From: Octopus vulgaris
Lineage: Eukaryota
Length of the DNA stretch: 64,000 bases
Assembly: GCA_951406725.2 (NCBI GenBank)
Contig: OX597824.1
Coordinates: 93,992,001-94,056,000, forward strand
Reading direction: 5' to 3'
The first letter of the stretch is position 1. Each line of letters starts with the position of its first letter. Both the position numbers and the translations under genes were made by a program. Below are positions 13,091 to 26,859 of the stretch, piece after piece. The notes beneath the pieces are model-generated. The model did not search any database. It was not told where the DNA came from and saw nothing but the letters and a program-made list of their open reading frames with translations.

Positions 13091-14892
13091 AAAAATAATA
13101 AAAAGGAAAGATTATTATTATTGCTGCTGACAGGATCGTTAGTGCGTCGAACAAAACGCCACAAATTTTTTCCGGTTCCTTGTGTTCCCTCAAAATTGTT
13201 GCCTCTGTGCTAAACTTCGAACTCATCATCTTTTCGTTACATAATTATTACTTAACCACTTACTCTTACTCCTTCCATTTTCGCTCCTGTAAAGGTGTAT
13301 CACCGTTCTAGTTTTTTCTATCTGCCTGGGTGCTCCAAATATTCTAAGTTTTCATTTAACTAAAACTAATAGAATTTTCGCCATTCTAAGTAGACCAGGA
13401 TTTATTTGCCGTCGTGTCTCCCGAACTTTCGACAGCTCTCGTAACACCATTCCCATTTCTCACACTCTCTCCAATCAGTAGACAGTATAATCCTCCAAGT
13501 AATCGAACTTACATCCTGACCAATTGATAAACAGCATCCTACAGTACATAATTCTTCCATTTTAAATAAATATTTCTTATATATTTACCTTGAGTTTATT
13601 TTCTTTATTACTGTATTTTTATATCCTATCTTACCACTTCAGCTTGTTAATATATAAGTCTGCAAGTTTTAACAGCCTGTATTTTACAATGAATTGATAT
13701 ATTTGTTTTGAATAACAGTGTATATATCGTTTGCTCCCTTTTGTATTAGTAGATCTATATATTTTCTTTACTGCCTTCACAATCAGCCGCTTTAAGCTCT
13801 TCACGTTATCCCTTAATTTACGTTCTCGACTACGGAAATTCCATTCTCTGTCTCCATCGATATCCATTATCCTAGTTACAGAATTTCCCATTGTGTAAAC
13901 TCGATTCCTTAATACTCCCTGTATTACGTTTGAAAAATGGTGTTGTAACATACGATTGGCATATAGCAGAAGATTTTTTATCCATTTTCGATTTAACCAC
14001 CATCTTACTGGCTTCAACTTTCTCCATGAGTTGACATTATAACCACCTTTAACTGCTGTAACTTTTACCTGATTGCTGGAATTTGTCTTGTCCAAGAATG
14101 TTGTAGTTCATATTAATTCTTTAAATTTGTGAAAATTATCTACTTGGATTTTTTGGAACGGTGCTTTATGAGAGAATATACGAAGCCACTTTTCTAACTC
14201 TTTCACTCTCTCTTTCTCTGAATTTTTCATCCATCCTCTTGTTCCTCCTTGCCAATTGGCACCAACCATTTTTTTTTCTTTTCTTTAGCTTTCGTTCAAT
14301 TTTCCAAATTTTCTTGACTAATTCTGGTTTTTAAGTACACCTTACAAAATAACGATCGTTACGAGATTTAGGGGTCGTTGATGCTTATGCTGAAAAAAAA
14401 TATCTTTATTGATTTATCTCTACCAACATAGAATCTTTGATACATAGCAAGCGTAAGAGATTGAGGAGGAGAGAGAGGAGGAGAGAGAAGGAGAGAGAGA
14501 GAGAGAGAGAGAGAGGCTGAGAAAGTGATATCAGGAGCAGGAAAAAGAATTCTTCCGGTGGTTCGTACCGCGATAGTAGTTAATAATTATGCACCAATGA
14601 GCTTCAAGTGTTTTTCTCCCGTTTTTTGTTACTTTTAGTTTTCCCTTCTCTTTGAAAATATAGATTATCTTTCCTGAATCCACATCGCAATCAACAAGAT
14701 CTTCATAGCTGTGAGCACAATCACACCAGTTCTCTTCTAACGAGTTTATTTACCGAGGCTGTTGTTTCTTGCAACAAACAACGTATGTTTAATGTTAAAC
14801 ATTATGGTTTCTTACATAAGAAAAGAACACACAGTTAAATGTGAGAGATATGCTTGATTAAAGAATCGATGCATGTTCTAAGAAAGATGAAG

Positions 14893-15339
14893 GCGGCGAG
14901 CTGGCAGAAACGTTAGCACGCCGGGCGAAATGCGTACCCGTACTTCGTCTGCCGTTACGTTCTGAGTTCAAATTCCGCCGAGGTCGACTTTGCCTTTCAT
15001 CCTTTCGGGGGCGATAAATTAAGTACCAGTTACGCACTGGGGTCGATGTAATCGATTTAATCCGTTTGCCTGTTCTTGTTTGTCCCCTCTGTGTTTAACC
15101 CCTTGTGAGCAATAAAGAAATAAGAAACGTTAGCACGCCGGGTGAAATATTTAGAGGTATTTTGCCTTTCTTTATGTTCTGAGTTCAAATTCCACTGAGG
15201 TCGACTTTGCCTTTCATCCTTTCGGGGTCGATAAATTAAGTACCAGTTACGCACTGGGGTCGATGTAATCGATTTAATCCGTTTGCCTGTCCTTGTTTGT
15301 CCCCTCTGTGTTTAGCCCCTTGTGGGTAGTAAAGAAATA
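14893..15339 (+). mobile_element. SINE family A, tandem dimer flanked by an 18-bp TSD
   Basis: Head ggcggcgagctggcagaa and B box gagttcaaattcc; second unit starts near 15122; gttctaagaaagatgaag at 14875-14892 and 15340-15357. Confidence 0.85.
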
Positions 15340-15861
15340 GTTCTAAGAAAGATGAAGAAGTATTCATTGTTTGGGTTTCAACACACAGGATAAAAATACA
15401 TAGCTGAATATTTCAAGGAGAGATTTTGTAAGGCAATCTAACGGTTCGGCCTTTCAAAGTGAATACGAAAAATCCTTAAGTGTATCAGACAAAAATCCTT
15501 GCGGTGTTTCGATGTCTCCATATTTTCTGTACTTCAAATCGTACCAAAACTGGGTTCGCTTTCCATGTAATCTAACCACGTGATCGACCACACACATCCA
15601 ACCAAGTATCTAGCCTTGGGTTCAGGGTAGAAAAAAAATAGAAGTGACAGTTTATAAGAATCGGTAGATGGATGGACAGACAAGATACCGTGCAGTGTGT
15701 CTTTTTGGTTCTTTACGTTCAGCGTTCGCATAGCGCTGAAGTCACCTTTGTCTTTCATCCCGCATTCTGTGCAGCGTTGCGGTCTTTTCTCACTTTATAC
15801 ACAATGGAAACCGAGTGACCGTTCTTACGGATCATGGGCCTCACAATGTAATGAAGAGCTG

Positions 15862-16262
15862 TTGATGATGATGATGATGATGAGGAGGAGGAGGAGGGGG
15901 ACGAGGACGAGGAGGACGGGAACGAGGAGGAGGAAGATGAGGAGGACGAGAACGAGGAGGGGGAGGGAGAGAGGGAAGAGGAAGAGGAGGACGGGAACGA
16001 GGAGGAGGAAGAGGAGGAGGACGAGAACGAGGAGGGGGAGGGAGAGAGGGAAGAGGAAGAGGAGGAAGAGGAGGAGGAGTAAGAGGAGGAGGAAGATGAG
16101 GAGGACGACGAGGACGAGTAGGGGTACCGGAGGACGGAGAGGGGGACGAGGAGGACGGGGAGGACGGGGAGGACGACGACGACGACGACGAGGAGGAGGA
16201 GGACAAGCAGGAGGAGGAAGAGGAGGAGGACGAGGAGGTCGAGGAGGTCGAGGAGGAGTTGA
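15862..16262. repeat. Purine-rich (GAG/GGA/GAC) low-complexity tract with an internal ~75-bp duplication
   Basis: Read directly; source of the spurious Arg/Gly and Pro/Ser ORFs. Confidence 0.9.
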
Positions 16263-16304
16263 GGATATGGAAAGCACATTAACAATCCGCAAATACATAT
16301 TGTA

Positions 16305-16508
16305 TTAGCAGCATTTCGTCCATCTTTACGTTCGGACTTCGAAATCCGCCGACGTCCACTTTACCTTTCTTCCTTTCGGAAGGGTCGATAAAATAATTAC
16401 CAAAGACCGGAGATCACGTAAATCGACTTATATCCACCACCACCACCACTACCACCCCACCGCTCCCCAAACATTGCTGGCCTTGTGCCAAACTTTGAAA
16501 CCAATATA
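16305..16508 (+). mobile_element. SINE family A copy (diverged)
   Basis: gcatttcgtccatctttacgttc...gggtcgataaaataattacc...gctggccttgtgccaaactttgaaacc. Confidence 0.65.
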
Positions 16509-16774
16509 AAGTAAGAGCAAAGAACCGTCTATTATTTTCCGCGAAACCAAGCAATAACGTAACCCCCGCCTATTAGACATTATTAACTGACCTAAAAAAA
16601 AATCGATGCTAGTCTAAGACGGAACTAAATCTCCTATTACAAGCAGAAATATCGATTTCCGTCCAAAACTGATGACCTTCCATGAAGCCAATGCTATGTG
16701 CCTCTCTAATCAATATTGAAACCTTTTTCCTGTCCTGAGCTGATAAATCTGAAAAGCTTTCTTTTAGTTTTGTA

Positions 16775-16848
16775 TTTATTATTATTGTTATTATTATTAT
16801 TATTACTATTATTATTATTATTATTATTATCATTATTATCATTATTAA

Positions 16849-16940
<92 letters not shown>

Positions 16941-16977
16941 GTTATTACTATTATTATCGGTATCATTATTATTATTA

Positions 16978-17044
<67 letters not shown>

Positions 17045-17072
17045 GATTATTATTATTATTATTATTATTATT
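16775..17072. repeat. (ATT)n microsatellite
   Basis: Read directly. Confidence 0.95.
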
Positions 17073-17369
17073 TTGTTCTTATAGTGTTTTATTGATTTAT
17101 ATATTTCTTTAGTTTAGCTAATTTTTCTTCTTCTTTTTTTTTGACTGCATTGAAGTTTTGCAATAAAATAACCGAAACGTGAGCTTAGCAGAGAGACGAC
17201 ACCAGAAGGACAGACAGATAGACGAACAGAGTGACAGGGAGACAGACAAATAGATAACCAGCCAGACAGACAGCCAGACAGATAGACAGACAAAGTGACA
17301 AGGAGAATGACAAACAGATAGACAAATAGACAAAAAGCACCGATAGATTAAAGTGATAGAATGTCAGAT

Positions 17370-17520
17370 ATTTCGTCCGTCTTTACGTTTTGAGTTCAAA
17401 TTCAGCCGAGGTCGATTTTGCCTTTCATCCTTTCAGGTTCGATAAATTAAGTACCAGTTGCGTCCTGGGGTCGATCTAATCGACTGGCCTCCTCCTCATA
17501 AATTTCGAGTCTTGTACCTA
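17370..17520 (+). mobile_element. SINE family A copy
   Basis: gagttcaaattcagccgaggtcgattttgcctttcatcc...aagtaccag. Confidence 0.75.
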
Positions 17521-17530
17521 TATATACAGT

Positions 17531-17910
17531 TGGAGCGCAATGACCCATTAGTTAGAGCAGCAGACTTGCGGTCGTTGGATCACGGTTTCCATTCTCAGAC
17601 CGGGCGTTGTGAGTGTTTATAGAGCGCAAACGCCTAAAGCTCCACGGGGCTCCGGCAGGGGTGTGTGGCGAACCCTGCTGTACTCTTTCACCACAAATTT
17701 CTCTCACTCTTTCTTCCTGTTTCTGTTGTACTTGTATTTCAAAGGGCCAGCCTTGTCACACTCTGTGTCACGCTGGATCTCCCCGAGAACTACGTTAAGG
17801 GTACACATGTCTGTGGAGTGCTCAACCACTTGCATATTAATTTCACGATCAGGCTGTCCCGTTGATCGGACAACTGGAACCCTTGTCGTCGTAACCGACG
17901 GAATGCCGCG
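17531..17910 (+). mobile_element. tRNA-derived SINE family C
   Basis: Head ggagcgcaatgacccattagttagagc and B box ggtttccattctc; 5' part shared with 21402-21680; 3' part shared with 32845-33000 (inverted). Confidence 0.75.
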
Positions 17911-18170
17911 ACGATATATAAACCGATTTGACCAAAAGTCAAGCGACAATAAATCAAAATTCCATAAATACTTAATATTCAATTTTATTAATTATTTCCA
18001 ATTATGAATGTTTAATAATTGAATACAACGAGCTGAAATCACCGGTGTTTTTTTTTTTTCTTCAAAATTTGTCAATTTATTAGCGAAGTCTCATATAATA
18101 TAATTTTTTTATTTTAATCTTGGAATTAAATGACTTTTATTCACTGTCAAGTGACTTATGGCCAACCCTG

Positions 18171-18234
<64 letters not shown>

Positions 18235-18517
18235 ACGAGCTTCTGCACAGTTTCTGTCTAATAAATCAACTCACAAGTCATTAGTCGACCTGGGGACGTA
18301 ACAGAATACACATGCCAAAAGTCACCCGATTAGTAAATCAAAATTCATTAATACTAAATGTTCAGTTTTCTAAATTATTTCCAATTATGAATGTTTAATA
18401 ATTGAATACTGTGAACTAAAAAATCACATTTTGTTTTTCAACATTTGTCTATTTATTAGCGAAGTCTCATATAAAATAATTTTCTTATTTTAATCTATAC
18501 ATACATACATACATACA

Positions 18518-18551
<34 letters not shown>

Positions 18552-18574
18552 CATACATACAGATACACATATGT

Positions 18575-18762
18575 CGTTAGCCACTACACACATTTTTTTA
18601 TCTCCTTGTTTCTCTCCTTATTTTGTTCTGTGTCCCTTTCTGTAGAAGAGCGTAGGCTCGAAGCGTAAAAGACTTTTTTCTATTCCTAAGCGTTATACTA
18701 ATACATCTGTTTGTTTTGTACACCACCTGTCTTCGTCTTTTGTTTTTTTCGTAAACTCTCCC
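18575..18762 (+). mobile_element. Solo PLE-type terminal repeat with hammerhead-like motif (family also at 29213-29400, 37485-37720, 38915-39100)
   Basis: Shared cctttctgt(a/c)gaagagcgtaggctcgaaacgtaaaagac...aatacatctgtttg; the 38915 copy directly follows a PLE RT remnant. Confidence 0.65.
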
Positions 18763-18763
18763 T

Positions 18764-18870
<107 letters not shown>

Positions 18871-19677
18871 CGACGGGCTTCGACATAATAAATCAGCTGA
18901 CAAGCCATTAGTCTAAATGAGGTAATAGCAGAATACACTTGCCTTTCATCCTTTCGGGTTCGATAAATTAAGTACCAGTTGCGTCCTGGGGGCGATCTAA
19001 TTGACTGGCACCCTCCCCATAAATTTCGATTCTTGTACCTGTATATATATACAGTTGGAGCGCAATGGCCAAGTGGTTCGGGCGGTGGTCTTGCGGTTCA
19101 ATTCCACAGCCACAACACATGGCTGTGGAACTGAACCCACAGCCACGTGGTTGCAGGGCGAGTTTCTTAACTACAAAGCTACTGAAAGAAACAAAATGAA
19201 GACAGGAAGAAACGAACATGTTACTCCACGAAGAGGAGATAAAGATATGTAGCCACAGTTAAATAAAGTAAAAGTATAGAGCAACAGGAACCTAACCCTG
19301 TAAACGTTGTCGTAATGAGAAGTTCATATATTCAAAAATTCTGTATATCTTCTCTCACAATTCACACATACTTAAACGCAGGATTTCATTCAAAGTGGTT
19401 GCGTAAGATGAAATTATTGGCATGTTAGCATATATAAATGCACATAATTTCAAAAATATACGAATTACATCTACTTTTATGAAATTGAGTGCTTTTAACT
19501 GTGAGACCTGGAACTTGCTTCATCGTATACATATATACATATGTACATACATACGTACATACATACGTTCATACATATAGAGACAGATATGCACACACGT
19601 ATGTACATGTGTATGTATGTACGTATGTATGTATGTATGTATGTATGTATGTACGAATGTATGGTTCTGCCTGTGTA

Positions 19678-19678
19678 T

Positions 19679-19746
<68 letters not shown>

Positions 19747-19756
19747 ACCGACAGAC

Positions 19757-19810
<54 letters not shown>

Positions 19811-19814
19811 ATAA

Positions 19815-19900
<86 letters not shown>

Positions 19901-19905
19901 GATAG
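19678..19905. repeat. (GATA)n microsatellite
   Basis: Read directly; others at 18765-18870, 40357-40490 and 49480-49620. Confidence 0.95.
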
Positions 19906-20239
19906 ACACATATACAGGCATTTAGACAGACAGATAGACAGACAGACAGACAGACGGACGGATTGATGGATCGATGGATGGATAGATAGATGGATGGATA
20001 GAGGTGTAGATGTGTATGTATTTGGGTATGTATGTATGTATCTAGGTAGGTAGGTAGGTAAGTAGGTAGTTATTCATCGCCTACCGTTAGTTGCTCGTTA
20101 CGAAAGACTGTTATTTAGTATCTCGTTTGTGTTGCTTAGTCCCAAATCATCGCTGAAGGCAGACTCCAGCATAACTGTACACTATAATCTATCACACAAT
20201 AGGAAAAACAAAATGAATAGATACATATTCGTGTGTGTG

Positions 20240-20274
<35 letters not shown>

Positions 20275-20339
20275 GTATATATATGTATGTATGTATGTAG
20301 GTAGGTATGTATATGTTTGTATGCCCGTGTTTGGCCACC

Positions 20340-20538
20340 CAACATCGCTTGACAACCGATGCTGGTGTGTTTACGTCCCCGTCACTTAGCGGTTCGGCAA
20401 AATAGACCGATAGAATAAGTACTAGGCTTACAAAGAATAAGCGTTGGGGTCGATTAGCTCGACTAGAGGTGCTGCTCCAGCATGGTCGCAGCCAAATGAC
20501 TGAAACAAACAAAAGATTAAAAGAAAGAATAAAAGAAT
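20340..20538 (+). mobile_element. SINE family B 3' half
   Basis: atcgcttgacaaccgatgctggtg...gactgaaacaaacaaaaga. Confidence 0.8.
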
Positions 20539-20551
20539 ATATATATATATA

Positions 20552-20587
<36 letters not shown>

Positions 20588-21017
20588 CATACACAGCACA
20601 CACACACTCATATCCACATATATATGGCGCGTGCTTAACCGTCTCAGCTGGTGCAAGGAGGAAAATATTTCTTTGATTTAAACTTCCTTGAGCCAAATGT
20701 CAGTGCAAGATTCTCGATAAATACTGATCGATCAAACAATTACAGTAGAGTATAATGAGGTTCAGCGTAATCGAAGAGAACCGCTTGAACTTGTGCTCCA
20801 CCCAGTTTGCATTCGTCCGGCTGATATCAGAGAGAGTTGAGAAGTGAAATGGAATATACAGACGCACTCCGTAGCTACAAGATATACATACGTGCACACA
20901 TGCATACATAGGCGTGCGTGTGTGTGTGTGGAGAGAGAAAGAGAGAAAGAATGAGAAACACACATATATATATACATATATATGAATACGTGCCTATGAA
21001 TGTATGTATGTATGTAT

Positions 21018-21066
<49 letters not shown>

Positions 21067-21086
21067 TACGTGCCTATGAATGTATG

Positions 21087-21138
<52 letters not shown>

Positions 21139-21401
21139 GGAAATAGAGTAATATACTTTATTAATATAGCTGCAAAGACATCACAAAAACTGTTTCTCGA
21201 GTGTCGCGTTCCCGTTTGTCGGGCAGTCTTGCAACGGGAACATGAAACTGATTATAAGTTTTTGTTAGGTTTTTGCAGCTTTATTAAATAATAAAGTATA
21301 CACACACACACGCACACACACATATAAGTATGTATGTATGCATGCGTGTGTATATATGTACAGAACTACTTTTCTATATATATATATATATATATATGCG
21401 T

Positions 21402-21680
21402 GGAGGCGTAATGGTCCAGTGGTGGTTTCGATTCCCAGACCGAGCGTTGTGAGTGTTTATTGAGCGAAAATACCAAAAGCTCCGCGAGGCTCCGGCAGGG
21501 GGTGGTGGCGATCCCTCCTGTACTCTTTCGCCACAACTTTCTCTCACTCTTTCTTCTGTTGGCCTGCTCGCTTAGCCAGCGGGGTGGCGTCATTTGAAGG
21601 GCAAAACAATGTGAAGCGCATTGTGACAAGCGATGTGCAGCAATATCTGATTGCCTGGTCGGTCACGGTGATCACGGTGA
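21402..21680 (+). mobile_element. SINE family C copy
   Basis: ggaggcgtaatggtccagtgg (A box) and ggtttcgattccc (B box); matches the 5' part of the 17531 copy. Confidence 0.75.
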
Positions 21681-22499
21681 TATATATATATATGCATAGA
21701 TCTGTGTGTGTATGTGTGTGTGTGTATGTGAATATGTATTTATATAGCAACAATCACCACCTTAATGGCACAAAGACACACATGTATGTATGTATGTATG
21801 TATGTATGTATGTATGTATGTATGTTATGTATATATAAGTATGTATGTATGTTATGTATGTATGTATGTATGCATGTATGTATATATGTATGTATGTTAT
21901 GTATGTATGTATGTATGCATGTATGTATATATGTATGTATGTTATGTATATATAAGTATGTATGTATGTTATGTATGTATGTATGTATGCATGTATGTAT
22001 ATATGTATGTATGTTATGTATATATAAGTATGTATGTATGTTATGTATGTATGTATGTATGTATGTATGTATGTATGTTATGTATGTATGTATGTATGTA
22101 TGTATGTTATGTATGTATGTATGTATGTATGTATGTATGTATGTACGTAAGTATATATGAGACAAAGCAGGCCACGGTAGTCTCATTAGTATGATAACTC
22201 AGAGAAAAACATTGAAAAGAGATAGTCTCTTGATAGCGAATATCGCTGCGAAAATGTGGCCATCAATAATGTCAGCCAAACTGAGACATATTGCCCTAAG
22301 TAAATATTCCATCAGACAATGGCCGTGCTATTATGATATTATGATCAGTGCAACTTTCTCCGCTCCGAAATTGGCTGGAGGTAACTTGAAACAGATAATT
22401 CTATCGGCCAAGGAAACAACAAAAAAGAAAAAAAAAGACACGTCAGAAACAATTTATTATGGGGATAGATATATTCCATACATACATAAACGCATGCAT

Positions 22500-22562
<63 letters not shown>

Positions 22563-22601
22563 CAGCATGTAGTAGATATATAGATATTTATACATATATA
22601 G

Positions 22602-22652
<51 letters not shown>

Positions 22653-22745
22653 TATATATATACGCACATACATTCCTACATATATATTCATAATACATCC
22701 ACACAAACGTATATACACATATGTGAATATATATATGTACATATG

Positions 22746-22793
<48 letters not shown>

Positions 22794-23494
22794 TACATAT
22801 ATTTATATAGACACATTGATAGATCTATGTATATATATATATATATATAGTAACAGTTTCAATTATGCTTGATATATGTGTGTATGGTAAACATATATGT
22901 GTGTGCATATATATATATACAAATATACATATATACATGTATATATATATATATATATACACACACAAACATACATAGTTATATACCTATAGACGTACAC
23001 ACACGGACATACACAAATTAACACATATATATAAATATATAAACGTTTCCGTATATGTATGCACCTATGTACGTACGCATGTATGAATATATGCATTTAT
23101 ATATACCTATATATATATATTTATATATATATATATATATATATTTATTTATATACACACACACTTATCTATTAGCCGCTATGATCCGTCTGTGGCAGCC
23201 GCGGCCATAATTGACCAATAACACTTATAACACAAACAGCCCCTTAACGCGCCACCATAATACATCAGATTACATGAGGTCAATTATTCGGTGACAGAGA
23301 AAAACATTCTCCGCTGTCCACTTTTCCTCTCACGTCTAATAATTGCAAGATTTATGCTAATGTCTCGTACATTTCTTCTCATCTTCGTCTCCTCTCCTCT
23401 TTATATTTTTACGATCCTCTTCACCTCTTTCTCCATCTGCCAGTCTCCAGCATTCTCTGTATTACACATTTTGTGGTCTCGTATAAATTGTTTC

Positions 23495-23577
23495 TTCTTT
23501 TTGTTGTTATTGTTGTTGTTGTTGTTCTTCTTCTTCTTCTCCTGCTTATTCTTATTCTTCTCCTTCTTCTTCTTCTT

Positions 23578-23608
<31 letters not shown>

Positions 23609-23850
23609 TCTTTTGTCTTCTTCTTCTTCTCCTCCTCCTCATTATTCTTATATCTTAATCTTCTCCTTCTTCTTCTTCTTCTTCTTCTTCTTCTCCTTCT
23701 CCTTCTTCTTCTTCTTCTTCTCATTCTTCTTCTTGTTGTTCTTCGTCTTCTTCTTCTTCTTCTTCTTCTCCTCCTCCTGCTTATTCTTATTCTTATTCTT
23801 CTCCTTCTCCTTCTTCTTCTTCTACTGCTTCTTCTCCTCCTCCTCCTATT
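23495..23850. repeat. (CTT)n-rich polypyrimidine tract
   Basis: Read directly. Confidence 0.95.
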
Positions 23851-24293
23851 ACCATTTTGTCTTTCCGTCCTCTTTATTTATTCATTGTTTTCGCTTTTAT
23901 TCTTTCCTTTCTTTCCGGAATGATATTATTTCATTACGCTTGTCTTATCTTTATCATTGACTTCTTCGCTTTTATTTTCCTTTCACTGTTTTGTGCTCTG
24001 CACCTATATAGACTAAATACGTGTTCGTGTGTGGGCGTACGACTATATGTGTATCTACATACCTATCTTTATAGGTAGCTAGCTAGCAATACGTCTATTC
24101 ATCTATCTATTTACCTACCTACCTAACTATCGATCTGTCAATCTATCTATCTAGCTAGATATCCATCTATCCATCTATATATCTACCTACCTACCTAACT
24201 ATAGATCTGTCTATCTATCCATCTATCCATTTATCTGTCAATGTATCTGTCTATCTACACACATACCTACCTAACTATCGATTTGTCTATTTA

Positions 24294-24344
<51 letters not shown>

Positions 24345-24347
<3 letters not shown>

Positions 24348-24530
24348 TTAAAGTTAATCCAAACAAGAAAACACAGAAAAAAAGAGAAAAAAACACAGCA
24401 ACGCAGGACGTGGAACAATTAAAGTATTATTGACGCTCAGGAAAGAAGGGAAGGAGGTTTTAACGTTTCGAGCGGAGCTCTTCGTCGGAAACAAGGAGAA
24501 GGAAAGATCTCAAGGAGGGAAGACAGAGGA
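24345..24530 (-). mobile_element. PLE-type terminal repeat with hammerhead-like motif next to (TA)n
   Basis: Minus strand gttt-CCGACGA-a-gagc-tcc-gctc-GAAA-cg-tt-aaaac; same architecture as the 18575 family. Confidence 0.55.
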
Positions 24531-25272
24531 GACAATATTTGAGCTGGTGGTGCTTAAGAGATCACATGTTGGAAAAGAACAGAATTTGGAGGTAGTTGAA
24601 AAATGGTTTTATAATGCAAGAGAGTTCCAAAAAAGGGAATGCCTGTGTGTGTGTGTGTGTGTGTGCAAGATGACAAGTGTGTTTGTGCGTGCGTGTGTGT
24701 GTGTGTGTGTGTATTTTTGGTGAATAGAGATAATGACAAAGCCAGCTGTGGTGATAACTGCTAGCTGTTTGTGTCAAGCTAGGTCAAAGCCAGGTCAAAA
24801 AACATCATAGTGTGTGTGTTGTTTGTAGTGTGTGTGTGTGTTCGTGTGTGTATACGTAGAGTGTGGGTGTGTGGCGTAACCTAGTGCGTGTGTGCTTGTA
24901 CGTGCGTGCGTGTGTGTAGGGGGATGTATATGTGGGTTCATTTGTGTGAGAGTGTATGTATGTGCGTGTATGTGTGCGTTTGTATGTGTTTGTGTGTATG
25001 TGTGCGTGCGCGGATAGGTGTATATTGTGTATGTATATCTGTCGGTGTGTATGTATACAGAGATAGTGAAAGAGAAAGAGATAGATAGATAGATAGGTAG
25101 ATACATACATACATACATACATACATACATAGAATTCCTTGAATCTATGTGTGTATGTATATGTATATATGTATATAAGTATATATATATATATGTATAT
25201 ATGTATATACATATATATACATATATATACAAATATATATATATATACACACACACATACACACACACATAT

Positions 25273-25327
<55 letters not shown>

Positions 25328-25864
25328 TCAGCAGAAATTGTGAGGATAATCCGGTTCTTGACTGAGGATAAAATGCTTCGAATGACCCGTCCTTGTTTTT
25401 TTGTATCATCTATCTGGATGTTTTGTTGTCCCTTTTTGTATCACCTAGTTGTCTGATGTTTTGCGTTCTTGTCCCATTTTGTATTTATATATGTACATAT
25501 ATACACACACATATATGTAACATAACAAAGGTGGGTGGACATAAGACGAAATGAACAATGAAAACCTCAATTGTCGCTAATAGTGACTGAGGGAGCGGAG
25601 TATCACCTACATCGCTAGAAACAAGAGTGAAAGACCTTTATAGCCACAGAAAGCTATATATTTAATGAGAGTGGAGACAATCGATCCACAGCGAGCGAGA
25701 TCACTATATTGATCGCTTGGACTCAAAGCTTGTCGGTAGTGACTACTCCATCGCTGATGGTTAGGCTAAATCCTAACTGCCAGTATAGAGTATTTACCGT
25801 GGGAATCAATGGGTGATTCAGCGAAATGGTAATATGAGACTTAAAAATAACAAATGTGGCTAGA

Positions 25865-25895
<31 letters not shown>

Positions 25896-25901
<6 letters not shown>

Positions 25902-26099
25902 TAGAGGATTGACCACTTAAAGTGGACAGCCTGTATGCTAGATATAGACGCCAAAATCGCCATTTTCAACGGAGAATGTCTTCTCATGAACAAATTCAGC
26001 AAAAAACAAAGCGTATTTTTCTCCGTGGTAAATGGCGATTTTGACGTCTATATCTAGCATACAGGCTGTCCACTTTTAGTGGTCACACCTCTAAATTTT
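25896..26099. repeat. Inverted repeat with about 80-bp arms and about 42-bp spacer, inserted at (TA)n
   Basis: aaaatttagagg...cggagaa is the reverse complement of ttctccg...cctctaaatttt with few mismatches. Confidence 0.85.
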
Positions 26100-26193
26100 C
26101 TATGTAAAAAAATTTTTAATCTTAGGATATTTTTAAATATGCTAGGCCACTGGTTTTAATTGATTACTATCAATTTCTACCCTTATTTAATTT

Positions 26194-26250
<57 letters not shown>

Positions 26251-26331
26251 GTATGTATATATGTATGTATACGTATGTGTATATATATATATATATACAC
26301 ACATATATACGTATGTATATATATGTATACA

Positions 26332-26381
<50 letters not shown>

Positions 26382-26694
26382 TACATACATATATATGTAT
26401 GTATGCATGTATATATACATGTAAGTATATAAATGTGTTTGTGCGTATGTGTAGGTGTGTATGTATGGATGTATGAACACACACATATGTATATATATAT
26501 ATATATATATATTATTCTCTAACAAGTATACTATGGACGCTGACTTCGAAGTTCCGGCCAGCTGCGCCATCAGCTGACCACAGTACCTTGAAGTCCATTT
26601 TGGTTTTCTATAATCTCTGTTGAATGATTATTGGTCTGTATGGTAGATTGTGCTGGTAACATGTTATCGAGAAGTTTTATAAATTTGGTATGGC

Positions 26695-26848
26695 TTCTTG
26701 CTGTTTCCGTCTACTAAATCCACTCATAAGGCTTTTGTCGGCCCGAGGCTATAGTACAATACACTTGCCGAAGATGCCACGCAGTGAGACTGAACCCAGA
26801 ACCATGTGGTTGTTAAGCAAGCTACTTACCACACAGCCACTCCTGCGC
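26695..26848 (-). mobile_element. SINE family B 5' half
   Basis: ...aagctacttaccacacagccactcctgcgcc is the reverse complement of the family B head. Confidence 0.8.
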
Positions 26849-26859
26849 CGCAGCCATGT

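Noticed and set aside
14893-14980. tRNA genes suggested by A/B boxes here and at other SINE heads
   Set aside because: No cloverleaf; each continues into a shared SINE body and tail.
15697-16308. Arg/Gly-rich (RGG or protamine-like) ORF
   Set aside because: Low-complexity purine tract open in several frames, between SINEs, with no convincing splice sites.
25585-25630. ctgaggg-agcg...cgct-agaaac possible hammerhead relic
   Set aside because: Several core positions deviate and no stem I or III is found; too weak to call.
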